Source: the human T2T-CHM13v2.0 reference genome, Homo sapiens. Taken from it: a stretch of DNA of 64,000 bases. The stretch is taken from assembly GCF_009914755.1 (NCBI RefSeq), contig NC_060931.1; one strand, 5' to 3'. Below the pieces are notes generated by a model. The model saw nothing but the letters and a program-made list of their open reading frames with translations. It had not been told where the DNA came from and searched no databases. Positions 1 to 11,904 of the stretch are shown piece by piece (position 1 is the first letter of the stretch; every line of letters starts with the position of its first letter). A program made the position numbers and the translations under genes.

Positions 1-533
1 ATGTAAAAGACCAAAGATTCTATGTTGCCAATTCTATTCGTGTTTTCTTTTAGCATTTCTTCCTTTGTGTGTAAATACACAGCCTTCTCCACCCTCAAAG
101 TTATAAAAATACTCAAATACTTTATTTCCCTTCAAGTTTCCTATGGGTTCATCAAAATATTACTTTATGTTTCACCTAAAGTTTAAATATTGTGTTATGC
201 ATTACTATTGAGTAAAATACAGTTTATTATTATTTAGACTCAAATAAGAATCTATCTTATTACTCTGAAATAGTTAATACCTATTTTACAAGCTTAAAAT
301 AGAACAATTTGTGATGCTTTCTAATGTTGAAATCATAAATAGCTTGTATTTGCCACAACATATTGGGTTACAATATTTTCACTTTGTTCTTTCCTCATCT
401 TTCTTTAAGGATTTGTCATATACCAAATTAACCCCAGGATAGTGTTCCTTCGGTATTTAATCTACTCTTTTTCATTGCAGATTTAGATAAATACAAATAA
501 TCCACCAAACTGAGGATTTAATCTACAACTTAC

Positions 534-588
534 TTATGCTTGAAAAGCTTATTCCTAAATTAATTTTGTGGCCGTATTTCCACACTCA
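534..588 (-). other. Candidate 55-nt spliced exon (apparently non-coding)
   Basis: Minus strand reads ACTAAC branch point, then CATTTTCATTTTGCTTGTTTTTAG acceptor, and donor TAA|GTAAGT. Confidence 0.45.
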
Positions 589-931
589 CTAAAAACAAGC
601 AAAATGAAAATGGTTAGTAAAATGTTCAAATTTCTTCTACCTACAGCTCTATTCCTACAATTTTTAAAGAAATTATCACTTCAGACAATAATTTGAGAGT
701 TATATTCTTCTCTGCAAACAGGGCTGTCCCAATATTTTGTTTTTTCTGGAAGCTTCCAAAAACTCTTCCAAGAAACTTTGATATCTTCTGGAATTTCTAA
801 CAGCTTGGAATTCATATTGATTTGATTCTACATCAGGTGTTCTTAAATATCTTTCCTCCTTAAATCAAAGATTGTAAAAAATTGAATTTAAATAAGAATG
901 TACTTTGTCACTTGAGATTATCTCTAAAGTA

Positions 932-962
932 GCCCCCCACGCCACTTCATTGTCATGCAAAT
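932..962 (+). promoter_or_regulatory. Perfect SOX-OCT composite motif with adjacent GC/CACCC-like box
   Basis: CATTGTCATGCAAAT at 948-962 and GCCCCCCACGCCAC at 932-945 in AT-rich unique DNA. Confidence 0.5.
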
Positions 963-1228
963 GACTTCCTTTAGAAAGAAACTATATTACATACAGTATA
1001 TGACTATATATACCCTATATTCAACCATATACTGTTGTGATCATTATGAAACTGCAAGTCTTGTCTTGCCAGATTTAAGAGATAAATATATCTAATTAAT
1101 ACACTGCTATATTTTTTAACTCAGCTTTATAGATTATGAAAAAAACATGCATAAATACTGCCAAGATATATATTTTCTTTTGCAAAAGCTTCCCTTTTAC
1201 TCTGTTTTCAGAGAAGAAAAATACGTAC

Positions 1229-1305
1229 TTCTTGTTTTGGAAATGGAGATTGTCATGGTCCTTGTTCTCCTTACTGATCACAGACTTTTCTTTCATGTAA
1301 TACAT
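1229..1305 (-). other. Candidate 77-nt spliced exon
   Basis: Minus strand: TTTTCTAATGATAG acceptor and donor GAA|GTACGT. Confidence 0.35.
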
Positions 1306-3752
1306 CTATCATTAGAAAATCATCTTTAAGATCGTTCAAGCCAACAAGAAAGTGTCACAGTATCAGTATCGCCACAGACATAGTGAAAGAATAGAAAATT
1401 ATCTTAATTTGGTTTCTCTTAATTTAGCCACATTAATTCAGGCTAAAGTCACCTGATTTATGAGAGAAGAGAGCTCACTTTTTATACAAACCTCTTATTT
1501 TGTTCCTTTTAATACCCTTTCCAAAACCAATCTTTGAGAGAATATTAATTTTCTAAGTTTTATTAACTGAAAAATTTTCATTCTAAATTTATGATATACA
1601 TATGATTAATCAAGAACATTACAAGACCACTGCTAAAAAATTATTGGTTATTCCCAAATTTATGACTGTTTGTACAATTTTCAGATATGTTTTGTTTTTT
1701 CCAAGAGTTAAAATCGTGACTTTTGATTTTATCGTGATTTTTCAATTAACTGTACACATTGAAATTTGGAGGGTTTTTTTTTTAAATATTTTTCAAATTC
1801 AAGTCACAGAAATTTGGAGTTTTCCATTAATGACAACTTCATGATTTGTGCTATAGTGAATGCTTTCTGAGAAATCAGATTAGTTAGTGACATATTTCTA
1901 TGATCTTTAATTGCATGTCTGACAATGTTTGCAAATAAGACTTTATTGCAGTCTTGGCTTGATAATGTATTTTCCTAGCCTACCTATCTCAGGGGCACAT
2001 TGAAAGTGTACATTTGGAAATAGTGAAGTTTGAATCAAAGTAATTAACACTTTAAAGATTGGGGATCTTTATTACAATTATAAAAAACCAATAATATAGT
2101 TTATTATTCTCCTATTTCAAGTCTTTGACTTGTAATCCTATAGTTTTCTGTACTGATTTATTCCACAGAGTGCTTTGAAAAGGGCAGCATCAGTAATTTT
2201 CATTTACAAATTACTGTGTCTTATTGTCAGTATCTTCTAAAATATTATTCTCAGCATATGTGATTCATGAAGACAGGCAGATGGTAAATTTCCCTTTGGC
2301 AAAATACATTAAAACTCTCATTCTGCCGTCCTTTTGCAAGTTCTTACTGTTATGAGCTCTTACTGTTAACAAATTGAGTGAGATAATGTCTTTAGGATTA
2401 CGATACTTTGAAGAGAGAAGATAAATTCTTTTCTCTTGGTTATAGTTCAGTTACATTCACAGCAGCCATATATCACTGAAATGTTAAAGGTCGCATGAAT
2501 ACCAGCTTGTAGCATCTGCTCTCTTCATTTGTTCTACACAGCTACAGTTATGCATTTAGCTGGCAAGTTAAATCACGCCCTTCTCTGTTAGGTCACTAAT
2601 AGCATTCAGGGAAAGAAAGCTCCTCTGACTATCACCATTAGGAACCATTTCACAGACAATAGAGCCAGAGATTCAAAAAATCTGGGAGTCAAAACTAAAT
2701 TATGGGAAGGCACGGCTGTCACCACATGAGAAATTTGAAGAAATAAGCAGTTATAAACCTTAACAATCTAAAGAAGCCTGAAAGCCTCATGTTTCTTTTT
2801 AGAAATGTATTTGGGAATCAGTGTTTTCCTGTCATTTATCTGATTTTATGTTGGTTAATGACGTAAAAGGTTAAGAATGTACATACACATAAATTGCTAT
2901 AACTCACTCTGTCTCAGGGCTGAGAAGCTTCCTGGTGACCTCTTAGACTTTATTCAAGCTGCAACAAAACCAAAATGAAGGCTCCATGACTTTCCAACAA
3001 AAGAAAACACCAACCCCCAATAATCTTTATGAATATTTGTTTGGTTCTAATTAATTTCCCCAAAGCCATTAACAAATGACTGATTTGCCAATATGAGGTT
3101 TAATCTCTACAAATAAATATATTACTGAAAAATAGTTTATAAGGATGCTTGATTTTAAAGTAAGCCTTCCCCCACAACCCTCCACCCCATTTCCCCTCTC
3201 TCTGCCTGTATCGCTTCCTGTTTTCCCTCAGATTTCAGCTGCAACAAGAAGCTAGGGCAGGACAAATTGAACATCACTCAAAATTCTATTATGAGCTTTG
3301 TACAGAAACCACTACAGTTGATATGACAATGAAAAGCAGTCAGCTGAAACTAAATAATTAATGGAAACAAGTAAATTAGCTAAATTGGCTTTCAGAGAAT
3401 CAGATGGACTGCTCCCTTTGTGTGCTTATCAATCCTCATAGGATGCAATAAGTGTTCAGGGGCAGAACTGTGTGAAATCTGTGCCAGATAGCAACTTTCA
3501 GTTGCAACTATGAGATGGAAACTGTCTCAAGACAACACAATCAGCAAACACCTAGCAGTACTAGACATTGACGAGACTTTGGGGTGTGGATAAAATACGG
3601 TGAATCAGACATGCTGAGAATTAGAATCCTATGACCAGAGCACCTGGGGGATAGGTGTGCTACCAAATGTGTAGCTCCAGCCCCTGCTGAGATATTGCTT
3701 GTGGTTCTAATCCTTCATTTTGTTTCTCTCCTCTTCTTATGTTTAGCATCAC

Positions 3753-3870
3753 TAGGGCCACCACATATAACTGCACAGGATGTGTACTGCCCTGCTCTAG
3801 AGAGCACCATACATGCCAGCATCATAGTCCATGTGAAGTATACTCCTGCACAACTGTACATGGCCATGCT
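3753..3870. mobile_element. MER91-type palindromic hAT-Tip100 MITE (degenerate)
   Basis: TAGGGCCACCACATATAACTGCACAGGATGTGTACTGC start and CTGCACAACTGTACATGGCC end. Confidence 0.6.
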
Positions 3871-3873
3871 AAC

Positions 3874-4265
3874 TACTGTGGTATGAAAGTTTGTGTCCCC
3901 TCCAAAATGCATGTTAAAACTTAATTCAAAATGTGACAGTATTAAGAAGTGGGCCTCTAGGAGGTGATTAGGATGAGATTTGTACCTCATGAAATGGCCG
4001 GAAGGAACCAGCTAGGCTTTTTTGCATTTCTGTCCCTTTCATCTCTCCTGCCATGTGAGGATACAGCATTAATCCCTTTTGCCCTTCCACCACGTGAGGA
4101 TTTAGCAAGAAGGTGCCGTCTATGAAGCAGAGCAAGGCTTCACCAGACACCAAATCTGCTGGCACCTTGATCTTGAACTTCCCAGCCTCCAGAACTGTGA
4201 GAAATAAATTTCTATTATTTCTAAACCCAGTTTAATGTCTTTTGTTATAACAATTAACTAAGACA
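3874..4265 (+). mobile_element. ERVL-MaLR LTR (MSTC/MSTD-like)
   Basis: TGTGTCCCCTCCAAAAT start; CACCAGACACCAAATCTGCTGGCACCTTGATCTTG...CCAGAACTGTGAGAAATAAATTTC; ends AACTAAGACA. Confidence 0.85.
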
Positions 4266-4488
4266 GAAATTGGTACTGAGGAGTGGGGTGTTGCCGTAAC
4301 AAATACCTAAGAATGTGAACACAGCTTTGGAACTGGTTAATGAGTAGAGGCTGGGTCCTGAAGAACTATTCCAGTGAGGACTAAGAAGAAGAGGACGGCT
4401 TTAGGGAAAGTCTGGATCTTCTTTGAGATTACTTAAATGCCTGTGATCAGAACACGGATAGAAAGATTGACATTGAAGGCCATTCTGG

Positions 4489-4791
4489 GGTCAGGCATGG
4501 TGGCTCACACCTATAATCCTAACACTTTGGGAGGCCAAGGCAGGCAGAATCGCTTGAGCTCAGGAGTTAAAGACCACCTAGGGCAACATGGCGAAACCTC
4601 ATCTCTACTAAAAATAAAAAAATTAGCCAGGTGTGGTGGCATGCCCCTGTAGCCCCAGCTACTCAGGAGACTGAGGTGGAAGAATCACCTGAGCCGGGAA
4701 GTTGAGGCTGCGGTGAGCTGCGATCACACCACTGCATTCCAGCCTGGACAATGGGAGTGAGACCCTGTCTCAAAAAAGTTAACAAAAAAAA
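4489..4791 (+). mobile_element. AluJ
   Basis: Dimeric Alu with J diagnostics (GAGGCTGCGGTGAGCTGCGATC); TSD TGAAGGCCATTCTG at 4474-4487 and 4792-4805. Confidence 0.93.
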
Positions 4792-5364
4792 TGAAGGCCA
4801 TTCTGATGAAGTCTTAGAAATGAGGAACAGAGTATTGGAAACTGGAGGAAAGGCCATCCTTGTTACGAAGTGGCAAAGAACTTGGCTGAATTGTGTCCAC
4901 ATCCTACTGCTTTGTGGAAGACAGAGAGCTTAAGAGCAATGATCTAAGACATTTGACAGAAGAAATCTCTAAGCAAAGTGTTCAGGGTGCTGCATGGCTT
5001 CTGTTGGCTGCTTATAGTAAAATGCAAGGAGAGAGAAACAAATTAAAGATGAAATTTATAATCAAAAGGGAAGCAGAACTTAGATTTAGAAAGTTTTCTG
5101 TCATGGATAGAATAAAAAAGCTTGTTCAGGAAAGAACACCAAGGGTGTGGCCAAGTGACTGTTTGATAAAGGAGATTAGTATGGATGTAAGGAAGCCAGA
5201 TGTTATTCATCAAGACAATGGAAGGGTAACCCCAAATGATTTTGGAAGAACTTCAAGGCTGCCATTTCCATCACTGGCCCAGAGTGCCGGGGCCTGGAGG
5301 GAAGAATGGTTTCAAAGGAGGGGCCCAGGGTGCCTGAAGAACCTCAAGACTCGCTGTCCAGGGT

Positions 5365-5428
5365 CACTTCAAGTCTCTGCTCCACACATTCCAGCCCACT
5401 TCAAGTCTCTGCTCCACACATTCCAGCC
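5365..5428. repeat. Perfect 32-bp tandem duplication
   Basis: CACTTCAAGTCTCTGCTCCACACATTCCAGCC x2. Confidence 0.95.
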
Positions 5429-5899
5429 CAGCATACCTCAGGTGCACCAGCTGCGGCTCAAATGGACCCAGGTATAGCTCAGGCCACCACTCTGAAGCCA
5501 CAGATAGTAAACCGTGGCAGCGTCCATTTGGTGCTAACTCCGCACTTGAATAAAAGATATAGTTGGCACTTTGTGTTTCAAATTTCACACTCTTTCCACT
5601 ACAGTATGTTGCTGCTTCAAGATGAAGCACCCCAAAATATGAATTAGTTCAACTAACTCTTTTATGAAACCACAAGAAGAATACCAATAAGCTGGCTTTT
5701 GACATAGGCTTTTGACCCTCGCATCTTTACTTCTTTGGTCTCTGCGGCTGCTCTGACTTCTATTTTAATCAGCACATGTAGCACTGGCTGTGACATGGAC
5801 TCTGGGACCTGCCTCTCCCTCAACTATCTGTGAGCTTGTCTAAAGCCACATGTTGAAATGTCATCTTTATAAAATTTGTTCATAAGAAAAAAAAGTAAA

Positions 5900-6400
5900 A
5901 GACCACCAAGACCTCAATAGATAAATGTACAAACAGCATAACTTTCTAAAGAGAAGCTTCAACTAATTAACAAATATATGGAAAACTGTTCAGTGTCGCT
6001 AGTAATTACGAAATTCAAATTAAAGATACCATTGCCCATCCACCAACCATATTTCACTTCCAGGGATTTGGTTTATTCACTTCAAGTGAAGTATAATTTA
6101 GAATATTAATTTTAGAAAGTTTTTAGCTAATTTTCATCAGGAAATTCTACTAATAATTAAACTGGAATCTCTCCTAAGAAAATAATCCTATATATAAAAA
6201 TTAAGTGCATGCACACAGATGTTTGTCATGCAATTATTTATATTATCATGAAACTGAAAACAACTCAAAGTTTTGGTAATAGCTAATAGGGGAATAACTT
6301 AAACCATTGGATGTTAACTGGAAATAGTTTACACTCATAAAATTATATGAATTGTGTAAAAATTTTAAAAATACTTATAAAACTAAGTGGAAAAAATGCT
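5900..6400 (+). mobile_element. Ancient L1 (L1ME-like) ORF2-3'/3'UTR fragments
   Basis: AACAAATATATGGAAAACTGTTCAGTGTCGCTAGTAATTACGAAATTCAAATTAAA resembles the L1 ORF2 C-terminal region. Confidence 0.55.
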
Positions 6401-6878
6401 CATAGAATTCTTAGTTATATCTATATAAAATAAACAATAAAAACCATCTATAGGATAAATATTATAATTAAACACATCACAGAGTTAATTGTAGCTACCT
6501 GTACTTTTTGTAGTATCATAATTAATCACACTTTTTAAAAAAAACTAAAATAAGGTTTACTTTTTATTTATCCTATATAGAAAGGATTTATCCTATATAG
6601 AAAGGACATACAGGATAAATATTTGATTTAGAAAGGATATAAAGGATAAAATTTGATTTGATTTATCCTATGTAGATTTTTATTTATCTGTTCCTTTTTA
6701 ATACTAATATTTATACACAATCTTTACCAGCTTTATCAATGAGTTATTAAATGTTCATCCCACATCCTGTTTTTATGTTTGCTTTTCGAATTCATTCAGA
6801 AATTAGAAATCTAGACAGCTTTAGTCTTATAATGAGCTACTGATGCTAGTATATTTGGGATTTTGTATGTTCAGACTA

Positions 6879-6928
6879 TTTTTGCCTTAAAAGTAATGGC
6901 AAAAATTGCAATTATTTTACACCAATAT
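6879..6928. mobile_element. MADE1 (Hsmar1 mariner MITE), partial
   Basis: TTTTTGCCTTAAAAGTAATGGCAAAAATTGCAATTATTTTACACCAA. Confidence 0.7.
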
Positions 6929-7009
6929 TGACCCCATAATGTACATCCCAACTTATGTATGACTTGCCTTGTGGGTAATGCCATAGAAGTTTGTAACAAA
7001 CAATATAAA

Positions 7010-7262
7010 GGCTGGGTGCAGTGATTCATACCTGTAATCCTAGCACTTTGGGAGGCCAGGGCCAGTGGATTGCTTGAGCCCAGGAGTTCAAGACCAGCCT
7101 GGGCAACATGGCAACACTCGGTCTATACAAAAAAATACAAAGATTAGCTGGGCATGGTGGCACATGCCTGTAGTAACAGCTACTTGGGAGGCTGAGGCGG
7201 GAGGATCGCTTGAGCCCAGGAGGTAGAAGTTACAGTGAGCCATGATCACGCTACTGTACTCC
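7010..7262 (+). mobile_element. AluJ lacking its last ~30 nt and poly(A)
   Basis: Both arms are recognisable; the match stops at CTACTGTACTCC. Confidence 0.9.
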
Positions 7263-7959
7263 TCCAACCCCACGCACACACACAATATAAAAAAACGCTA
7301 TTCGAAAGACAATGTATTTTGTAAGAAAAGTTTTTTTAATCATGTAGAAAATTTTGGAACCTGGAGAATGTTTGGATGTTTTGAATTTTTCTTTTCATAA
7401 AAGTGCTCCCTTTTAGAGTTGGAAGGTTTCAGTGTACATATTTTATTATTCTATATTGAATTTGTATTTTAGTGATTTCTGCTATTCTAGACATATTTAA
7501 CCAACAGTTTTCTGAACTACGCCTCCAATAATCCATTCCAAAGTTAAGTGCCAAAATACCATCAAAAACTACGCACTTTATTCTTAAATAGAGAAACACT
7601 GCCACTTCATGAAACTTCTCTAAACTGAGATGTGTGTTAAGTTTATTGCCTTGCAAGTTTGGTCATATGATTTCCAATAATATTTGTCAAGGTTATAAAC
7701 AAATAACAGATTAGATCCGGCTGACATACTAAGAAATGACAAGTGTAAAGAGCTGGATTCTCTATTGTAAACAACAGAATCCTTTCCCTTTAGTTTAAAT
7801 AAAGGGATTTATTATGCCATATAGTTGTCCTGTAAGATCACTGGAAGAGCTACAGAAAAAGACTGTAAACTTGGGAATGGTACACAGGGCCACATCCCAC
7901 AGCAAGCCCACCTAAGGCACTGCTGTGCCTACTGCACGCACGAAACTGCTGAATCAGAA

Positions 7960-8286
7960 TTATTATTATTATTACTTTTTTTTTTTTTTGAGATGGAGTT
8001 TTGCTCTGTCGCCCAGGCTGGAGTGCAGTGGTGCAATCGGCTCACTGCAACCTCTGCCTCCTGGGTTCAAGCGATTCTCCTGCGTTCAAGCGATTCTCCT
8101 GCCTCAGCCTCCTGAGTAGCTAGGATTACAGGCATGCACCACCATGCCTAGCTAGTTTTTGTATTTTTAGTAGAGACGAGGTTTCACCATGTTGGTCAGG
8201 CTGGTCTCGAACCCCTGACCTCGTGGTCCGCCTGCCTCAGCCTCCCAAAGTGCTGGGATTACAGGCATGAGCCACCACTCCTGGCC
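7960..8286 (-). mobile_element. AluS (Sg-like) with internal 19-bp tandem duplication
   Basis: Poly-T/(TTA)n tail; CTGACCTCGTG diagnostic; GTTCAAGCGATTCTCCTGC x2 at 8065-8102. Confidence 0.93.
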
Positions 8287-8810
8287 TACCTTACTATTTT
8301 TAAGTCTCTTCTCTCCCCAGAAGTGTGAAGCAGAGTTCTTGGGCTCCTTGAGCATTTGTTAAGATAGGTTGTATCTAGATGAAGAGCTATTTCTCTGCTT
8401 ACCATAATATTATCCTTTTTCTTAGCGATCATCCCATTAAGTAGGTATCTTTTATTTACTACCATTTCTCTATATTTTTGTGAATGAGAAAAGAACCTAA
8501 GTATCTCAGGTGAGACAACTTGGGAGCAAAACTGTGGTGTTGGTTTTCTTCCTAAGATAGTCAGAGCTTTGTGCAGACTATCCTATGGCTGTTTGAATTA
8601 CTGTTAAAGCATCTCTGGTACAGCCATATTCCAAGACTGGTACAATGAGTTGTGTCTCTGTGCCCCTCCCAGGGTCCTCCTAAACATTTGGGGAGACGTT
8701 TATACTTCTTGATAGCCTACAAAATTGGAACTCTAATTATTGTTATTTAAGTCTTAAAAGGAAGGGGTGACCTCTGAAGTCTGGAGAACTTGGGGATACT
8801 TGGGGTTTCA

Positions 8811-10133
<1,323 letters not shown>

Positions 10134-11119
10134 TGGGATTTCAATTTCTAAAACAATTCAGGAGATATACACTATAATGAACAACAGCTGCTTGTTCAAT
10201 ATTAACATCAACCGAATTAACCTGACTTTAGATGGGTCTTGCACTGTATTCAGTAACAGTGACTTCCAAAACTGACTTTGTTATCTCAGGATGGAATGAA
10301 GCACAGAGTTAATATTTTTTCAGCAGTTTCAAAAGTACTTCAGATAGATGATACCCAGATGTTTAGAACAGTAAATTAAAAATGAAATAGTTCCATACAA
10401 TGCTAGCTTTACAATCTGAAAATTAAAACTCCAAAGCAACAGCAATATTGGAATTTTGTGGTTTAATATGGTTATAGATTGGTATGTTGGGAAATAATAG
10501 TTGAATGATGCAGAAGAATTTTTCTATTATAGAAGCACTAACCCTTGACTGTTATAACCTGCCTTCCTGGCCAGAGCATTCAGCCATGAATAACTAGTCC
10601 TATTAGTCCATTCAAGGCTGTTTGCTGATAAGGCTCAGGCAATTTCTGTACAAATAGAAAATACAATATCAAGAAATCAAGGGAATTTCAAAAAAGAAGA
10701 GTATACCTTATACTCTTACTGTAATAGTAAAAAAGAACCCAACTCCTAAAAGAAAAAATACTCCCTATGAAGTAATACATAATTTTATATCTAAAGCCTA
10801 TTGATCTAAAAACTAATAATTTTAGTAGGAATCATATAGAACATAGCAAGCAGTAAATTTTCCTGATAAAATCTACATTAAAATTATTATATTAAAATAG
10901 GCACTCTTATAAGACCTATAATGTCAGGCTCTAATGTATATACGAGTGTTCGTGGTAATTCTGAGATATCTCTAAATAACATTTTTAAAATGTTCCATCC
11001 TGTGCATTCCTTTATGCAATGTCAGAATTTGGTTTGTTAATAAAAAGCAAAAGGTTTTTTCCCATCACAGAAAGAATTTAGAGCACTCGGATAGACAGAT
11101 TTTTAAAAATTAACCACTT

Positions 11120-11480
11120 AATAGACTTCCAGTAATGGTGATTGTAGAATCTACCCACCATTTAAAAATTTTTAACAGGATTTAAAAAAAAATGTAAGAT
11201 GCTGGAAATATCCAAAAGCAGATGGAAGCCACTGAATAGTTAATTCTTAAAAATCTGCAATTGGGAAGGATAATAATTTTCAGTTTGTGGCTTTCTGTCC
11301 TGTGGGCACTTGCCAACCCCCAAAGCCATGGTTGTGGAACACAGTAGTAGTGGAAATTATGGTCTTACAAGCTCAAGGTGTCAGAGATCAAAGTTCACGG
11401 CTGGAAAAACAAGCGGAATTTTAAAGGAGAGATTCTAGCAGCAAGAGAACTACAAATGAACGAAGACTCAAATTCCGAGT
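11120..11480 (+). mobile_element. Probable 5' portion of an old L1M element (continues at 12962-13291 and 15199-17456)
   Basis: AGACTTCCAGTAATGGTG start is reminiscent of L1M 5' ends; colinear with downstream L1M ORF1/ORF2. Confidence 0.35.
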
Positions 11481-11728
11481 ACAGTAGGCCCTCTGTATCT
11501 GTGGTCTGTGCATCTGTGGAGTAACAAATAGCAAATCAAAAATATTCAAACAAACTGCATCTGTAATCTGAACATGTACAGATATTTTTCTTGTCATTCT
11601 TTCCTAAACAGTGCAACTATTTACATTGCATTTACATTATATTAAGTATTATAAGTAATCTAAAAATAATTTAGATATTTATTTATAAATAATAAATATA
11701 AATTTATACTAACTTAAATATAAATAAT

Positions 11729-11811
11729 CTAGAATAATTAAAATAATTATTTAGATAATTCTAGAATAATTTAAATAATTATTTAGATAATTCTAGAATA
11801 ATTTAAATAAT
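11729..11811. repeat. AT-rich 32-bp tandem repeat (~2.6 copies) within a low-complexity expansion at 11670-11900
   Basis: CTAGAATAATT(A/T)AAATAATTATTTAGATAATT units. Confidence 0.85.
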
Positions 11812-11904
11812 AAAGTATTGTGTAAATAGTACTTTATTTAAATACTAGATTAAATATAAGTAATCTATAAATTAATTTAAATAATTTAAATATTGAAAAA
11901 GTAG

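Larger units (their letters stand above)
4266..5545 (+). mobile_element. MST internal sequence (MaLR-int), 3'-truncated and interrupted by an Alu
   Basis: GAAATTGGTACTGAGGAGTGGGG follows the LTR directly; translation EEISKQSVQGAAWLLLAAYSKM is typical of the MaLR internal ORF remnant. Confidence 0.85.

Noticed and set aside
4893-5477. 194-aa ORF
   Set aside because: Lies within MST internal sequence, starts at GTG and crosses a frame-shifting duplication; a MaLR relic, not a host gene.
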